64,000 nt of DNA. Source: an uncultured Elusimicrobia bacterium (lineage in GTDB: Bacteria; Elusimicrobiota; Endomicrobiia; DTEH01). Below the pieces are notes generated by a model. That model did no database searches. It worked only from the letters and a program-made list of their open reading frames with translations, and had not been told where the DNA came from. Shown here piece after piece: positions 26,265-37,378 of this stretch (position 1 is the first letter of the stretch; every line of letters begins with the position of its first letter). The stretch spans positions 181,726 through 245,725 of the forward strand of contig CAZDUB010000001.1 in NCBI GenBank assembly GCA_964508565.1. Direction: 5' to 3'. Made by a program: the position numbers and the translations under genes.

Positions 26265-29200
26265 TTATTCAATGTCACCTTCTATATCTAGTACGATATT
26301 TTGCAGCTGTCTCAATTTCTCCTTTTCTACTTTCCAGTAGCCTCTCTTCTCTGATTCTATTAGAAGTTCACATATTTTTACAGCAGCGTAAGGATTATTT
26401 TGCTGAATTTTTTTTCTCATTTCTTCATCAAAAATTAGCTTATTGGCAACTTCATCAAATATCCAGTTTTCAACTTTCCCAGTTGTAGCAGCAAAAGCTA
26501 GAAGATATTCCACCCTATCCTTTATTTTCTTTGCACCGTGGAAATCGTGCTTTAACATCCCCTCTATCCAGCGAGGATTGAGGATTCTTGTTCTAGTAGC
26601 TCTCTCAATAGATATTTTCAAATCTTCCACTACTATATCTTCTTCAGTTGAATCTATAACCAAAATTTCTGCTTTATCACCTTTCTTATCCTGAACGGTT
26701 CTTGATAAACCGCCTAAAAATTCATAGTAATGGTCTAAGTCTGTAACTTCATACTCTGTGTTATCCCTTTCCTGGGTTACAATATCAATAGATTTAAGCA
26801 CATTAAAGAATGCTTGTTCATTTTTCTCTACTCTCCCTTTGAAATACGCATAGCTCATGCTATCGTCGTAGCTTTTGACTAAATCCTTCTCATCTTTCCA
26901 TGCACTACTTTCAATTAATGTTCTCATTGATGTTGTGTATTCTGTTGGTGATGGACCAAATATTCTCGCGAGAGCAAAATCTTTTAGTTCACTCTTTGAT
27001 TGTAAAAAATGTTTTTTTATGTAATTATTTTCAGGTGGTTCATCGAGATTAGCAACCATCGCTACTGCTCTATTAATCAAATCAATAAGTGTTGGAAGAG
27101 TATCTCTAAATATTCCGCAAATTGTGATTACAACATCTATCCTTGGTCTATTCAGTTCTTCTAATGATATGACTTCAAGCTCCTTAAACCAAGGACTTTT
27201 TTTATGTTTTATCCTTACTCCGAGTAGAGAAAGAATAGTAGCAATAGTATCTCCACCAGTTTTCATTGTTTCAAATCCCCACAAAACAATTCCTACGCTT
27301 TCAGGATATTTCCAGTACTTTTTCAGATAGGATTCAATTAAGAGTTCTGCGGCTTTTTTTCCTCTCATTTCTGCTGCAATTGTTGGTATCAACCTCGGGT
27401 CAAACGCATACATTGCTCTTCCAGATGGGTATACTTCGGGGTCACGAATAGGATCACCGCCGCGTGCTGGAAAAATATATCTTCCTTCCAAAGCACGTAA
27501 AAGCATCTCACTTTCTGAAGAATTATAAACATTTTCTACAATATTTCTTACGAAATCAACGTATCCTTTGGGAAGCCATTTAGGTGATTTATCATGAAGT
27601 ATTTCCTTAATTACTTCCTTCGCCTGGCTCTCTATTTCATCCGCTATATTTGATTCCCTTACTTTATCCCAATCAAGTGCTTTTTGTTTTGCAATTAACT
27701 TCAGGATAGATGGGAACTCTCTCTCAATTCGTAACACACCAAGAAGATAATCAATCATTTCTTCTTCTGTAAACTTTCTGTTCATTATATGTAATCCATA
27801 GGGGATAAGTCTTCTTTTCATCTTGTACAGTTCTTTTCTTAATTCCAAAGGTTCTTGAGGTAAATGCAGGTCATTTGCGGTTTCCTTAATAACTTCTAAA
27901 GTTTTTTCGTCTTTATTTTCATCGTATTGATTGAGCAAATCTTCTAAAATGATATATTTTTCATAAAGACCTGAGGTCTTCATGGGTGGGGATGCGTGAG
28001 AGATGCAAATTGCATAAGAGCGTCTTTTGGCAATCGTTGATTCTGAAGGATTCCCAATCCAATAGTAATATATGTGAGGCATATTCCCAATTAGTATATC
28101 AGGGAAACATTCCGATGAAAGAGCAACTTCTTTGCCTCTAGTAAACTCAACTGTGCCATGCATACCAAAGTGTATTACTGCATTTGCACGAAACTCTTTT
28201 TCTAAAAAGAAATAGTATGCAAGATACTGGTGATGTGGTGGCAAGTCTTTATCGTGATAGGCTTTATCAGGATCTTCATGTACACCCCTTGATGGTTGAA
28301 TACCTAAAAATACATTTCCTAAAATTACACCGGGAATTAAAATATTGTTGCCATCAACCATTACTTTTCCTGGCGGTTTCCCCCAATGTTTTATTACATC
28401 CTCCTGTACAGATACTGGAAGCGATTTAAACCACGAGATGTATTTCTCAGCAGTTATCCTCAAGCCTGATTTATGAAGATAGTTTGGACTATTCACTATT
28501 CCTAAAGAGAGAAAGAGTTCTTTTAAGGTGGTGTTTGGAATCTCTACATTATATCCCTTCTCATTTAGCTTATTTAGAAATATCTTTAAACTTTCAAAAA
28601 CATCAAGATAGCCAGCACTTGCTAAGTTATCCTCTCCAGGTGGATAGTTATAAGTAAGGATTGCAACGCGTTTTTCATTATTGGGTGTATTTCTTAAAGT
28701 GAGCCAGTTTTTCACTCTTGTCGCTAGCTTTTTTACTCTATCTTCTAACACTTTTGGTCTTTTTATTTTTCCCATGGTGGGGTCATTGAAACTTTCTAAT
28801 CCTGATATGAAAACAGGCTCTATACCACCATCAAGTTCAGGCAAACTTATACCTATTACAATCTCTAATGGATCTAATCCTTGTTTACTTTTTTTCCATT
28901 TTTCTATCTCGGTTGAATATGATCTGAGCCCTATCATCAACGGGATGTCTACTTTCTGCAAGAATTGATAAGTTGGTTCCGGCTCTCCACCATAAGGTCC
29001 TCCATGAATTCTGAAGTATTGAAGGTTAATTAAAAGGTCTATATCAGTTAGATACTTGTTGATTGCTTCAATATTGTGTTCTACTTTGGAGACAACAAAA
29101 ATCAAATTAACATCATCTTTCAGATACTTAAAAAGTGCATCTGCTATTACTCTACATTCACCGAAATGTATTCCACCGTATAGTAAGGCACCAACTGTTG

Positions 29201-29861
29201 GCTTTTTAGGGTTATATGGAAGCATCTTTTTGTATTCTTCAATGTGCTTAAGCAAGCCTTTTGCTGGCAGATAAAGACCATAATCAAAAATTTTTGGTGG
29301 TGAAATTTTTCTTATACTTTTAACTCTGCCATACTCTTTAAGCAATAGGAGGATAAGATTCTTCAGATTTTCTGTATCTCCTTCGCTATAATACTGTATT
29401 GCCAGAACCCAGTTCCGCATATCTTTTAACATTCCAAAAGGTATGATTTTCCCAAGTTTTTTTGCCAGCTCAGAAAATTTCTTTGTTTTGATATAAGTAT
29501 GAACATTAAATTCTTTTTCTTCACCTTTAAAGATCACCTCTCCGTTAAATTTGTCCATCTTTATTAATTTCCAGATATGTTGACCACCTGCAACTAAAAC
29601 AACTATGGTTTTTTCTTTTCCTTCAAGCATACGGGGAAGTTCTCGCCCTATTCTAACATCTCCTCTTATATCCACCAGTATGATGTCTGAAGAATCTATT
29701 TCTTTTTCAAGGGGAGTCATGGGAACATCTGCATTTTCATATTCATCAAAATATACTTTTTTGATTTCAACAATATTACCATACTCGTTTCTTATTTTTT
29801 CGGCAGCTTCTTTTAAAGCCACTGTATCATTTATCGTAGTTAAAGCTAAAATTTTTTTCAT
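26265..29861 (-). CDS. CobN/Mg-chelatase large-subunit family protein
   Basis: 1198 aa. The region [18 protein letters not shown] and the overall length are typical of CobN/BchH-type chelatases. 4-nt overlap with the upstream ChlI/ChlD gene. Confidence 0.85.
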   Translation of the reverse strand: MKKILALTTINDTVALKEAAEKIRNEYGNIVEIKKVYFDEYENADVPMTPLEKEIDSSDIILVDIRGDVRIGRELPRMLEGKEKTIVVLVAGGQHIWKLIKMDKFNGEVIFKGEEKEFNVHTYIKTKKFSELAKKLGKIIPFGMLKDMRNWVLAIQYYSEGDTENLKNLILLLLKEYGRVKSIRKISPPKIFDYGLYLPAKGLLKHIEEYKKMLPYNPKKPTVGALLYGGIHFGECRVIADALFKYLKDDVNLIFVVSKVEHNIEAINKYLTDIDLLINLQYFRIHGGPYGGEPEPTYQFLQKVDIPLMIGLRSYSTEIEKWKKSKQGLDPLEIVIGISLPELDGGIEPVFISGLESFNDPTMGKIKRPKVLEDRVKKLATRVKNWLTLRNTPNNEKRVAILTYNYPPGEDNLASAGYLDVFESLKIFLNKLNEKGYNVEIPNTTLKELFLSLGIVNSPNYLHKSGLRITAEKYISWFKSLPVSVQEDVIKHWGKPPGKVMVDGNNILIPGVILGNVFLGIQPSRGVHEDPDKAYHDKDLPPHHQYLAYYFFLEKEFRANAVIHFGMHGTVEFTRGKEVALSSECFPDILIGNMPHIYYYWIGNPSESTIAKRRSYAICISHASPPMKTSGLYEKYIILEDLLNQYDENKDEKTLEVIKETANDLHLPQEPLELRKELYKMKRRLIPYGLHIMNRKFTEEEMIDYLLGVLRIEREFPSILKLIAKQKALDWDKVRESNIADEIESQAKEVIKEILHDKSPKWLPKGYVDFVRNIVENVYNSSESEMLLRALEGRYIFPARGGDPIRDPEVYPSGRAMYAFDPRLIPTIAAEMRGKKAAELLIESYLKKYWKYPESVGIVLWGFETMKTGGDTIATILSLLGVRIKHKKSPWFKELEVISLEELNRPRIDVVITICGIFRDTLPTLIDLINRAVAMVANLDEPPENNYIKKHFLQSKSELKDFALARIFGPSPTEYTTSMRTLIESSAWKDEKDLVKSYDDSMSYAYFKGRVEKNEQAFFNVLKSIDIVTQERDNTEYEVTDLDHYYEFLGGLSRTVQDKKGDKAEILVIDSTEEDIVVEDLKISIERATRTRILNPRWIEGMLKHDFHGAKKIKDRVEYLLAFAATTGKVENWIFDEVANKLIFDEEMRKKIQQNNPYAAVKICELLIESEKRGYWKVEKEKLRQLQNIVLDIEGDIE

Positions 29862-31648
29862 ATGATTTCCTCAAGATAAAAATGTGGTGCGTTAAACGCT
29901 TTAGCAATATCTTCAAGCAATCCAATACTTCTGTTCTTGCTTTCGGCATTTACTATCACAAGGTTTATGTTCTCACCAAAAGATAAAAGAAATCTTATAT
30001 CTTCTTCAATACTATTTTTGATATAAACATTACCTCTACCATCAGAAATTAAAATAACAGTGGGAATTACATTGGTTTCTTTTTTGGCAATTTCAAATGC
30101 CTTATAAAGTGCAGGTGTGAGCGGTGTTTTACCTCCTGTGGGAAGATTTTCCAATGCATTCTCAATTTTGGTGACATCCGAGGTAGGTGGTACTAAAACC
30201 TCAGCATCATGATCTCTAAATGTTACCAAAGCAACTGAATTTTTCTTTTCATAAGTTCGCTTAAGCAGAATCCATGCAAGAGTTTTAGCAAACTTAATCT
30301 TTTTCTCCATCCTCATTGAGGATGAAGAATCAAGTAAGATTATGTAAAGTGCCTTACCTTTAGTAATTCTCACTTTTTCCATAAGATGTTCTGGTAGAAC
30401 TTCCAATTTCCCAGTTTCTCTAACTGCTTTTCTTAAAGTAGCATCAACTGCTATACTTGTTGGATTTTCGCTCTCCCTTGCTTTGATATATAAACCTCTC
30501 TCACCATTTGTTCTTGGGAAATCTTTTCCGTGTAGAGATGTGTTTGCATCAAGCTTCAATATATCTTTTTTTTTTACCTCGGCATTTTCCTCAAAGTCAG
30601 ATACTTCGTCTCTCGTTTTCCCATGCAAAATTGCTTCTAACATCTCTTTTCGGAGAGGTGTGCTGTTTTCAAAAGGTTTCTGACGTATTCTATGCGAAAG
30701 CGCTAATATAGCAGCTTCTTTTATGTCATCTTCTGTTACATAATCTCTTCCACTTAGTGCGGCGAGTGCCCTTACAGTTTTCTCCATTACAATATCAGCA
30801 CGGTGCGTTTTAATACCTAATGATGTTGTTATTTCTACAATACTTTCAAGTATTTCGTTTGAAATCTTCACTTTAGAAAGAGCTGCTTGTGCATTAATTA
30901 TACGCTTTCGCAACTTTTCTTGTTCTTCTTTGAACTGTTCTTCAAATTTCCACGGATCGGTATCAAACACTCTCCGATATTTCACTATTTTGATTCTATC
31001 TTCTTTCGAAGACAATGCGTTTACTTCTACACACAAACCAAACCTATCCAGTAATTGTGGTCTAAGATTGCCTTCTTCCGGATTCATTGTCCCCACCAAG
31101 ATAAAACGCGCTGGATGGTACAAAGATATGCCTTCCCTTTCTACAATATTGACACCCATAGCAGCAGAATCTAAAAGGATATTGACAAGATGGTCGTCAA
31201 GCAAATTTACTTCATCAATATAGAGTATGTTTCTATTAGCTCTTGCTAATATGCCAGGTTCTAATGCTTTTATACCTTCTTTAAGTGCTCTTTTGATATC
31301 AATTGTTCCAACGACCATATCTTCTGTAGCAGATAGAGGCATATCTACAATTTCCATTTTTCTTTCTATATATGGTAACTGTCCTTCCCGCTCGTATCGT
31401 TCTTGACAGGACTTACACATTAATCTCAAATCTTCGGGATGACAGTTAAATGGACAGCCTTCCACAACTTTTATTTTAGGAAGTAAATCTGCTAAAGCAC
31501 GCACAGCGGTAGATTTTCCAGTCCCTTTGTCTCCATTTATTAACACTCCACCAATAGTTGGATCTATTGCGTTGACAATTAAAGCTTTTTTCATCAACTC
31601 CTGTCCTACAATTGCTGTAAACGGAAATACTACAAATTTATGGTGCAT
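29858..31648 (-). CDS. ChlI-ChlD fusion (AAA+ ATPase + vWA/MIDAS) chelatase subunit
   Basis: Walker [10 protein letters not shown]; Cys-rich insert [17 protein letters not shown]; Walker [11 protein letters not shown]-terminal vWA domain with MIDAS motif LLDSSSSM. Confidence 0.85.
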   Translation of the reverse strand: MHHKFVVFPFTAIVGQELMKKALIVNAIDPTIGGVLINGDKGTGKSTAVRALADLLPKIKVVEGCPFNCHPEDLRLMCKSCQERYEREGQLPYIERKMEIVDMPLSATEDMVVGTIDIKRALKEGIKALEPGILARANRNILYIDEVNLLDDHLVNILLDSAAMGVNIVEREGISLYHPARFILVGTMNPEEGNLRPQLLDRFGLCVEVNALSSKEDRIKIVKYRRVFDTDPWKFEEQFKEEQEKLRKRIINAQAALSKVKISNEILESIVEITTSLGIKTHRADIVMEKTVRALAALSGRDYVTEDDIKEAAILALSHRIRQKPFENSTPLRKEMLEAILHGKTRDEVSDFEENAEVKKKDILKLDANTSLHGKDFPRTNGERGLYIKARESENPTSIAVDATLRKAVRETGKLEVLPEHLMEKVRITKGKALYIILLDSSSSMRMEKKIKFAKTLAWILLKRTYEKKNSVALVTFRDHDAEVLVPPTSDVTKIENALENLPTGGKTPLTPALYKAFEIAKKETNVIPTVILISDGRGNVYIKNSIEEDIRFLLSFGENINLVIVNAESKNRSIGLLEDIAKAFNAPHFYLEEII

Positions 31649-31671
31649 ATTGTTTTCTCCTTTTATAAAAT

Positions 31672-31830
31672 TTATGCAAGACGATGAGTAAAAAGAAAAT
31701 TTTCATTCTCAAGAATTTTAGAAGCACCAAAATATGATAATTCGCTACTATTAAAAATAGATATTTTGTTGCCAAGTGTCTAGCAAGCGCTATATCGTGT
31801 ATTGAAATTATTTTCGTTTGTAGTAAATTT
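31672..31830 (-). pseudogene. C-terminal remnant of an ABC-transporter ATPase
   Basis: Minus-strand translation IISIHDIALARH / [34 protein letters not shown], with a 1-nt frame change. It matches the HDLNLA...G.p.evl tail of ABC ATPases. No N-terminal part remains. Confidence 0.55.
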
Positions 31831-31894
31831 TAACAAACTTATATCTCCGTCCAAAAGCTAAAGTAGATACCTAACAATTTTTATAAAAAACTTT

Positions 31895-32494
31895 TTATTT
31901 CTTAGTAACACAAAAGTAAATTTTATTATTTTCAATAAAATTTATCTCTGAAAATTTTGCTTTTTTAGACAACAATACAAGTTCTTTATCTGTGGGTATA
32001 AAATCTTTTGCTACAAGACCTTCAAGTTTCTTATGGTGAGAATTAATTTCTTCTCTATTTTTTGAGTGTGCAATTATAAAATAACCATCTTTTTTAAGAA
32101 CGCGATATACTTCTTTTAATGCTTTTAACTTATTAACAAAATGTGGAAATGTGTTAAAGCAAACTACTCCATCAAATTTTTCGTTTTCAAAAGGCATATT
32201 GTGAGCATTTGCTTTCACATATACAAACCTATCAGCAAATTTTTCTTTTGCTTTGTTTAACATCTTTTGTGAAAAATCTAAAGCATAAACTTTACCTTTT
32301 TTACCTACAAGTTTTTCTAAATACGGCAATAAAATTCCTGTACCACAACCTAAATCTAAAATATTATCTCCTTTTTTAAAAAATTGTTTTAACAAAGGAA
32401 AAATTTTTTGTTCTATTTTTTTTATAGTTTGTTTTATTTTTGGTGAACTATCCCAATTTTCTGCAAGTTTATCAAAAAATTGTTTTCTGTTCAT
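31895..32494 (-). CDS. Class I SAM-dependent methyltransferase
   Basis: ILDLGCGTGILL motif I, 199 aa. 4-nt overlap with the upstream permease gene. Confidence 0.8.
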   Translation of the reverse strand: MNRKQFFDKLAENWDSSPKIKQTIKKIEQKIFPLLKQFFKKGDNILDLGCGTGILLPYLEKLVGKKGKVYALDFSQKMLNKAKEKFADRFVYVKANAHNMPFENEKFDGVVCFNTFPHFVNKLKALKEVYRVLKKDGYFIIAHSKNREEINSHHKKLEGLVAKDFIPTDKELVLLSKKAKFSEINFIENNKIYFCVTKK

Positions 32495-33279
32495 AGTTTT
32501 TTAGGTGATAGTAAAACACAGAAAATAAAAATTATATTTGAAATTACAATTGTAGTTGCTGCTATTGGTAAATTTAAAAAGTATGAAGTTAAAAGTCCTA
32601 CTAATGAAGACAATACTGCAAAAACTACAGAAACAACATACATTTTATTTAAATCGTATGTTAACTGATATGAAGACAACCCTGGCAGCGTAATCAAACC
32701 AAATATTAAAAGTCCTCCAATGTAATTAAGAGTTACTGCAACAGTTATTCCGCAAAGAAATATTAAACTTAAAAATATGAACTTTTCATATATACCAACT
32801 GATTTTGCAATCTCTCTATTAAACAACACTGCGAGAATTTCTTTATAAAACAAAATAGTAAAAAGAACTATAATAAACAAAACTATTGCTAAAAACAACA
32901 CAGAATTCCATGAGACATTAAGAATATTTCCCCATATATAACTTAAAACTTCTGCTTTAGAACCTTTAATTAAACCTGCTAAAATAAACGCTATTCCTAA
33001 AACAAATGAAAAAATTACACTTGTAGAGATGTTTACAGAAAATTCTGCTCTTTCTGCAATGGGACCTAGAAGAATTGAAGCTATTAAACAAAAAATTACT
33101 GAAGAAAACAACGGATTGATATTACTTAGAACTCCAAATATAGCTCCTGCAAAAGCAGCATGTGACATAGTTACACTTATAAAAGGGATATTTAACAAAA
33201 CAACCCACACACTCACAATGCCACAAACTATCCCAGTTAAAATTGATGTTAAAAAAATTTTTATAAAAAACTGTGACAT
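32491..33279 (-). CDS. Metal ABC transporter permease (ABC-3/ZnuB-like)
   Basis: 262 aa polytopic protein with the size and hydrophobic pattern of the ABC-3 family. Adjacent to the ATPase and binding protein. Confidence 0.75.
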   Translation of the reverse strand: MSQFFIKIFLTSILTGIVCGIVSVWVVLLNIPFISVTMSHAAFAGAIFGVLSNINPLFSSVIFCLIASILLGPIAERAEFSVNISTSVIFSFVLGIAFILAGLIKGSKAEVLSYIWGNILNVSWNSVLFLAIVLFIIVLFTILFYKEILAVLFNREIAKSVGIYEKFIFLSLIFLCGITVAVTLNYIGGLLIFGLITLPGLSSYQLTYDLNKMYVVSVVFAVLSSLVGLLTSYFLNLPIAATTIVISNIIFIFCVLLSPKKL

Positions 33280-33280
33280 T

Positions 33281-34066
33281 TTATGGATGTAAACTTCCTA
33301 TATGGAAGTGCCTTTTATTGTTTATTAATTCAATTTGTACAGAACATTCATAAAGTAAAGACAGTGTCTCCTCTTTTAAAACTTCATTAGGCTCACCAAC
33401 AGAAACAACTTCACCATTTTTTAAAAGCACAACTTTGTTGCAACAATCTGGTATGTGGCTTAAAATATGTGTAACGAAAATTGTGGTGATATGTTTTCGT
33501 AAGTAAATGTTTTTAATTAATTGAAGTAGTTCAAACTGAGATTTTGGGTCAAGGTTAGATGTGGGTTCATCTAAAAGCAAAATTTTAGGTTGTTGTACAA
33601 GTGCTCTTGCAATAGAAACTTTTTGATATTCACCACCTGAGATATGTCCAACAGGTTTTTTTAATAAGTGTTTTATTTTTAGCAAAGTTATAACTTCTTC
33701 AATAATTTCTTTGTCCTTTAAGGAAAGTTTCTTAAAAAGTCCAATTTTTCCATATCGTCCAATGCTAATAACATCTTCTACTAAAATTGGCAAATTAGCA
33801 TCTATGTTATACTGTTGTGGGACATATCCTATATCCTTTCTTATCTTAACAACATTTTTTGAATTTAATTTTTCAGTAAAAACATAAATCTCACCTTTAG
33901 AAACTCTTGTTAACCCGTTAATTGTTCTCAACAAAGTTGTCTTTCCTGAACCATTAGGCCCTATTACTGAAACAAAAGAGTTTTCTTCTATATCCAAACT
34001 TATATTATTTAGGGCACTCTTATGTTTATAAAAAACTGAAACATTTTTTATTTCAACTATTTTCAC
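33281..34066 (-). CDS. Metal ABC transporter ATP-binding protein (ZnuC-like)
   Basis: Walker A GPNGSGKTT, signature ISGGEYQK, Walker B LLLDEPTSNLD. Confidence 0.88.
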   Translation of the reverse strand: MKIVEIKNVSVFYKHKSALNNISLDIEENSFVSVIGPNGSGKTTLLRTINGLTRVSKGEIYVFTEKLNSKNVVKIRKDIGYVPQQYNIDANLPILVEDVISIGRYGKIGLFKKLSLKDKEIIEEVITLLKIKHLLKKPVGHISGGEYQKVSIARALVQQPKILLLDEPTSNLDPKSQFELLQLIKNIYLRKHITTIFVTHILSHIPDCCNKVVLLKNGEVVSVGEPNEVLKEETLSLLYECSVQIELINNKRHFHIGSLHP

Positions 34067-34830
34067 TTTAATGCCTTTTTAATTTTTGAAATGTTTTTAA
34101 GTAGTGTTTCTATGTAACTGCCTTCTACGAAATTTGTTAAAACAATGTGTTTTGCATTTAATTCTTTTGCAAGTTGCCTACCAATATTTGGACCGCTTTG
34201 TAGATTATCCACAACAAGATTGATATTTTCTTTTATGTTCAAAACATTTGCAATATCTTTTAAACTGATTTGTTCTTGTCTTGGGTAGGAATAAACCACA
34301 CTAAATCCTAACCATTCAAGAAACTCTTTTTGATGTTCAGAACAGATAACTTTTATATCTTTATATTTCTGAAAATCTTTTTTTATTCGTTGTTCAATTT
34401 TCTTTATTTTTTCAGAATACTTGTCATAATTATTTTTATAAACTTCTTTATTTTGGGGGTCAATCTCTGACAATATTTCCAAAATCTTTTCTGCAACAGC
34501 AAGATTTATTTGTGGTATCATAAAATTTCCTTCAATAGGAATTTTGTAACTTTTTGTCTCTTTCATTAAATTTTTTATCCACTGTTCCCAACCATGATAG
34601 AAAAATATATCAGAATTAAGGATTTTTTGTGCATCTTTTGGTGACAAATCAAAATGCCCTGGGCACATATCTGAAGGAACTATCTCTAAAACTTCTGCTT
34701 TATCTTGCGCTATTTCTTTTACAATAGAAGCAATATTTGTAGTAGTAGCAACAATATTTAACTTTTTTGCGTAGGAATAAACAGAAACACAAAAAATTAG
34801 AAATAACACATATAAAATCTTTCTTTTCAT
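34063..34830 (-). CDS. Periplasmic metal-binding protein (TroA/ZnuA-like, short form)
   Basis: Signal peptide and LNIVATTTNIASIVKEI. Unusual Cys-His site SDMCPGHFD where ZnuA-type proteins carry DPH. Confidence 0.65.
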   Translation of the reverse strand: MKRKILYVLFLIFCVSVYSYAKKLNIVATTTNIASIVKEIAQDKAEVLEIVPSDMCPGHFDLSPKDAQKILNSDIFFYHGWEQWIKNLMKETKSYKIPIEGNFMIPQINLAVAEKILEILSEIDPQNKEVYKNNYDKYSEKIKKIEQRIKKDFQKYKDIKVICSEHQKEFLEWLGFSVVYSYPRQEQISLKDIANVLNIKENINLVVDNLQSGPNIGRQLAKELNAKHIVLTNFVEGSYIETLLKNISKIKKALK

Positions 34831-34875
34831 CCAACGCAGGCTTGGAAATTTGGAAAGTTCGTTGTAATTATTTCT

Positions 34876-36666
34876 TTAAAACAAATAATTAACTCCTAAC
34901 CCAAACGTTCTTTTAGGCATTGTATAAACATCGGAAGCGCCAGGTACTTCTGTATAAATTTTGTATTCCGCATCCGTTATATTATCAATTGTAGCATAAA
35001 TACTTAAGTTTTTTATTATTTCGTAGTTAAGTTTTAAATTTAAAACATTATAATCATCAAGTTTTGTTTTTGTTGTCCCTTGTAGATAATAATATTCATT
35101 CACATACTCATCAGTTAACAACCCACTTATTTTTCCTTTTTTGAAATTAATCATTGCGACTAACTTATTTTTTGGTTGAGCAATCACTTTGTCTTTAGTA
35201 TCAAGATAACTATAGCTTAGCGAACTTCCTAAACCTTCAATAACTTTAAGATTAAATAGTACTTCGAAACCGTTAAAATCAAAATCACCTATGTTTTGTT
35301 TTTTGCCAGAAACTACTTGAATTAAATCTTTACCTTTCATATTAAACGCTGTTAAGTCAATATTCATAAAATTGAAAATTTTTTGTCTAACTCCAAATTC
35401 TATATTTGTAACTCTTTCTGGTTTTAATTCTGGATTCGCAGATGCGTATAAAAATAAATCGTTTAAATGAGGTGGTCTAAATCCTTGGCTATAAAGCGCT
35501 CTTAAGGTTATAGTATTAAACAACTTATAAACCAAACCAAACCTTGGAGTTACTGCTTCTTTTGCGTATTCGTCATAATTGTATCTTACTCCAGCATTAA
35601 CTGTAAGTCTGCTAAAAAATGTGTGAGCATCATCTATATAAACTCCATATTCATATTTTGTATAATCCTTGTTTAAAAAAGCTGCTGGAGCCCCTGATAA
35701 AACTTTTCCCCAAAAATATCTATAGTCAACTCCGTAACTTAAAATGTTGTTTTCTAAAAGGTTAGAGTTACCATTTATCACTACACCATTAGTATAATCT
35801 TGTGAATGCCATCCGTCAGAAAATTTATGTTCACCAAATGTTCTATAAATCTTTGTTGTAAGATTTGCAAAACCTAAATTTGTCTTTAAGTTTAAATCAG
35901 TAGAACCTCGTTTATAATCATTCCAAGTACCTGAAGCAGCAGGAAATGGTTCGTATTTTATACCATCAAAATATTTCCCACTAAATGATAACTCAAAATT
36001 TTTACTAAACATATATCCAATATTCCCACCAAAATCTGTGGCTTTGTACTGAGAACTTTCAGTGTGTCCGTCAGAATATCTTCTGTCAACACTAAATAAC
36101 CAGTTTAATCTGCCTAAGTCTCGCCCTATTTGAAACTTACTAATTTGTGTATTAAATGACCCTCCATACAAATTCAAACTTCCTTCCAAATCTTTTTTTG
36201 CTTTTTTAGTAATAATATTTACAACACCGCCAAACGCTTCTGAACCATAAATTACTGATTCTGGACCACGAATAACTTCTATTCTTTCAACATTATTCAA
36301 TGGCAAAGTATGTGTTACAGAACAGCCCATAAGCGCCATTTTATCTGGTCTGCCATCTATAAAAATACCAAGTTGTCTTCCATTGTTGCCAATACCACGA
36401 ATGTTTACATCTGCTCTACCAAAGGCAGATGTCCTTGTAACAAAAATTCCAGGAAGCAAATTAAGAATGTCTGTTGTCTGATATACATTTGTTAACTCAA
36501 TATCATCTTTTGTTACCACTGAAACAGACAATGAAGAGTTTTCTGTTGGTTGTTCATACTTTTTTGCTGTGACAGAGATTCTCTCAGCAGAAAGATACAC
36601 CTCTTGTTGTGCATAACAAAAAACTGCTAAAGATATTAAGATATTAAAATATATTTGTTTCTTCAT
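34876..36666 (-). CDS. TonB-dependent outer-membrane receptor (small, 596 aa)
   Basis: Signal peptide; plug motifs (IEVIRGPESVIYGSEAFGGVVNIITK); beta-barrel ending in a C-terminal F (GVNYLF). Confidence 0.88.
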   Translation of the reverse strand: MKKQIYFNILISLAVFCYAQQEVYLSAERISVTAKKYEQPTENSSLSVSVVTKDDIELTNVYQTTDILNLLPGIFVTRTSAFGRADVNIRGIGNNGRQLGIFIDGRPDKMALMGCSVTHTLPLNNVERIEVIRGPESVIYGSEAFGGVVNIITKKAKKDLEGSLNLYGGSFNTQISKFQIGRDLGRLNWLFSVDRRYSDGHTESSQYKATDFGGNIGYMFSKNFELSFSGKYFDGIKYEPFPAASGTWNDYKRGSTDLNLKTNLGFANLTTKIYRTFGEHKFSDGWHSQDYTNGVVINGNSNLLENNILSYGVDYRYFWGKVLSGAPAAFLNKDYTKYEYGVYIDDAHTFFSRLTVNAGVRYNYDEYAKEAVTPRFGLVYKLFNTITLRALYSQGFRPPHLNDLFLYASANPELKPERVTNIEFGVRQKIFNFMNIDLTAFNMKGKDLIQVVSGKKQNIGDFDFNGFEVLFNLKVIEGLGSSLSYSYLDTKDKVIAQPKNKLVAMINFKKGKISGLLTDEYVNEYYYLQGTTKTKLDDYNVLNLKLNYEIIKNLSIYATIDNITDAEYKIYTEVPGASDVYTMPKRTFGLGVNYLF

Positions 36667-36789
36667 TTTTATCCTCCTTTAGTTGTTAAAAATAGTTGTT
36701 TAAGGAGTAGTTTATAAAAATTGTTACCTCCTTTCTCAATTTATGGTTTAGTTCATCTTTTGTACTACTTTTATAAAATTCGTGTTACT

Positions 36790-36887
36790 AAAAATTTACT
36801 CATTTAGTTACCTCGTTGTTTAGTCGTCTTTGTGATTTTTTAAACCACCACACAACCAGACAACTAAACAACCAAATGACTATACAA
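36790..36887. repeat. Repeat module D copy (AACCAGACAACTAAACAACCAAA)
   Basis: 36840-36885 matches 53085-53125 and, reversed, 60958-61005. Confidence 0.7.
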
Positions 36888-37298
36888 TTAAACAACCGAG
36901 GTAAAACTTAAAGCAGTGTGGTTAACTCCTTTTGCTGATTTCAATTTATCAGCAAGTGCTTGAATTTTTTTTGAATTACCACGAGTTATAATTACTTCTA
37001 AACAGTTGTCATGGTCTAAATGAATATGTTGAGATGCAACAATAATATCTTGATAGTCGTGTTGAATATCTACAATTTTGTCTACAAGTTCTCTTTTGTG
37101 ATGGTTGTAAACAATAGATATAACACCTGCACACTCTTTGTTTAAAACCCAATTTTCTTTTACAAATTCAGCACGAATTAAATCTCTTATTGCTTCTGAA
37201 CGGTTTTTATAATTTTTTTCTCTTATGTAATTATCAAATTTTAAAAGCAATCCTTCTGGAATTGCAACGCCAAACCTTTTAAGTTTTTCTTTTTTCAT
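36888..37298 (-). CDS. nikR: Nickel-responsive regulator NikR
   Basis: Ribbon-helix-helix N-terminus RFGVAIPEGLL..FD.....NYKNRSEAIRDLIR. C-terminal metal site HIHLDHDNC. Confidence 0.88.
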   Translation of the reverse strand: MKKEKLKRFGVAIPEGLLLKFDNYIREKNYKNRSEAIRDLIRAEFVKENWVLNKECAGVISIVYNHHKRELVDKIVDIQHDYQDIIVASQHIHLDHDNCLEVIITRGNSKKIQALADKLKSAKGVNHTALSFTSVV

Positions 37299-37338
37299 AG
37301 TAGCACTTATTTTAAAAAAGTAGCAAAAAATTTATAAG

Positions 37339-37378
37339 TTGTCAACACTTGACAAAAAAATAATTATTAAATAAATAA
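37339..37378. promoter_or_regulatory. Palindrome TTGTCAACACTTGACAA carrying back-to-back -35 boxes (divergent promoter/operator candidate)
   Basis: Perfect 7-3-7 inverted repeat at 37339-37355. TTGACA reads on both strands (37349-37354 plus; 37345-37340 minus). An A/T-rich -10 candidate TAAATA lies at 37372-37377. Confidence 0.5.

Noticed and set aside
26443-29865. Eight plus-strand ORFs of 61-95 aa inside cobN, and similar antisense ORFs inside rgy, chlID, the permease at 8755-9186, 56272-56688 and 58366-58749
   Set aside because: These are shadow ORFs opposite long, well-supported genes. They are Ser/Phe/Leu-rich with no family resemblance.
36667-36887. Cobalamin riboswitch or canonical NikR operator upstream of the TonB-dependent receptor
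   Set aside because: I could not find a B12-box-like core or the multi-helix pattern by eye. GTTACCTC/GTGTTACT elements occur only as same-orientation repeats, not as an inverted operator. Part of the region is repeat module D. A covariance-model scan would be decisive.
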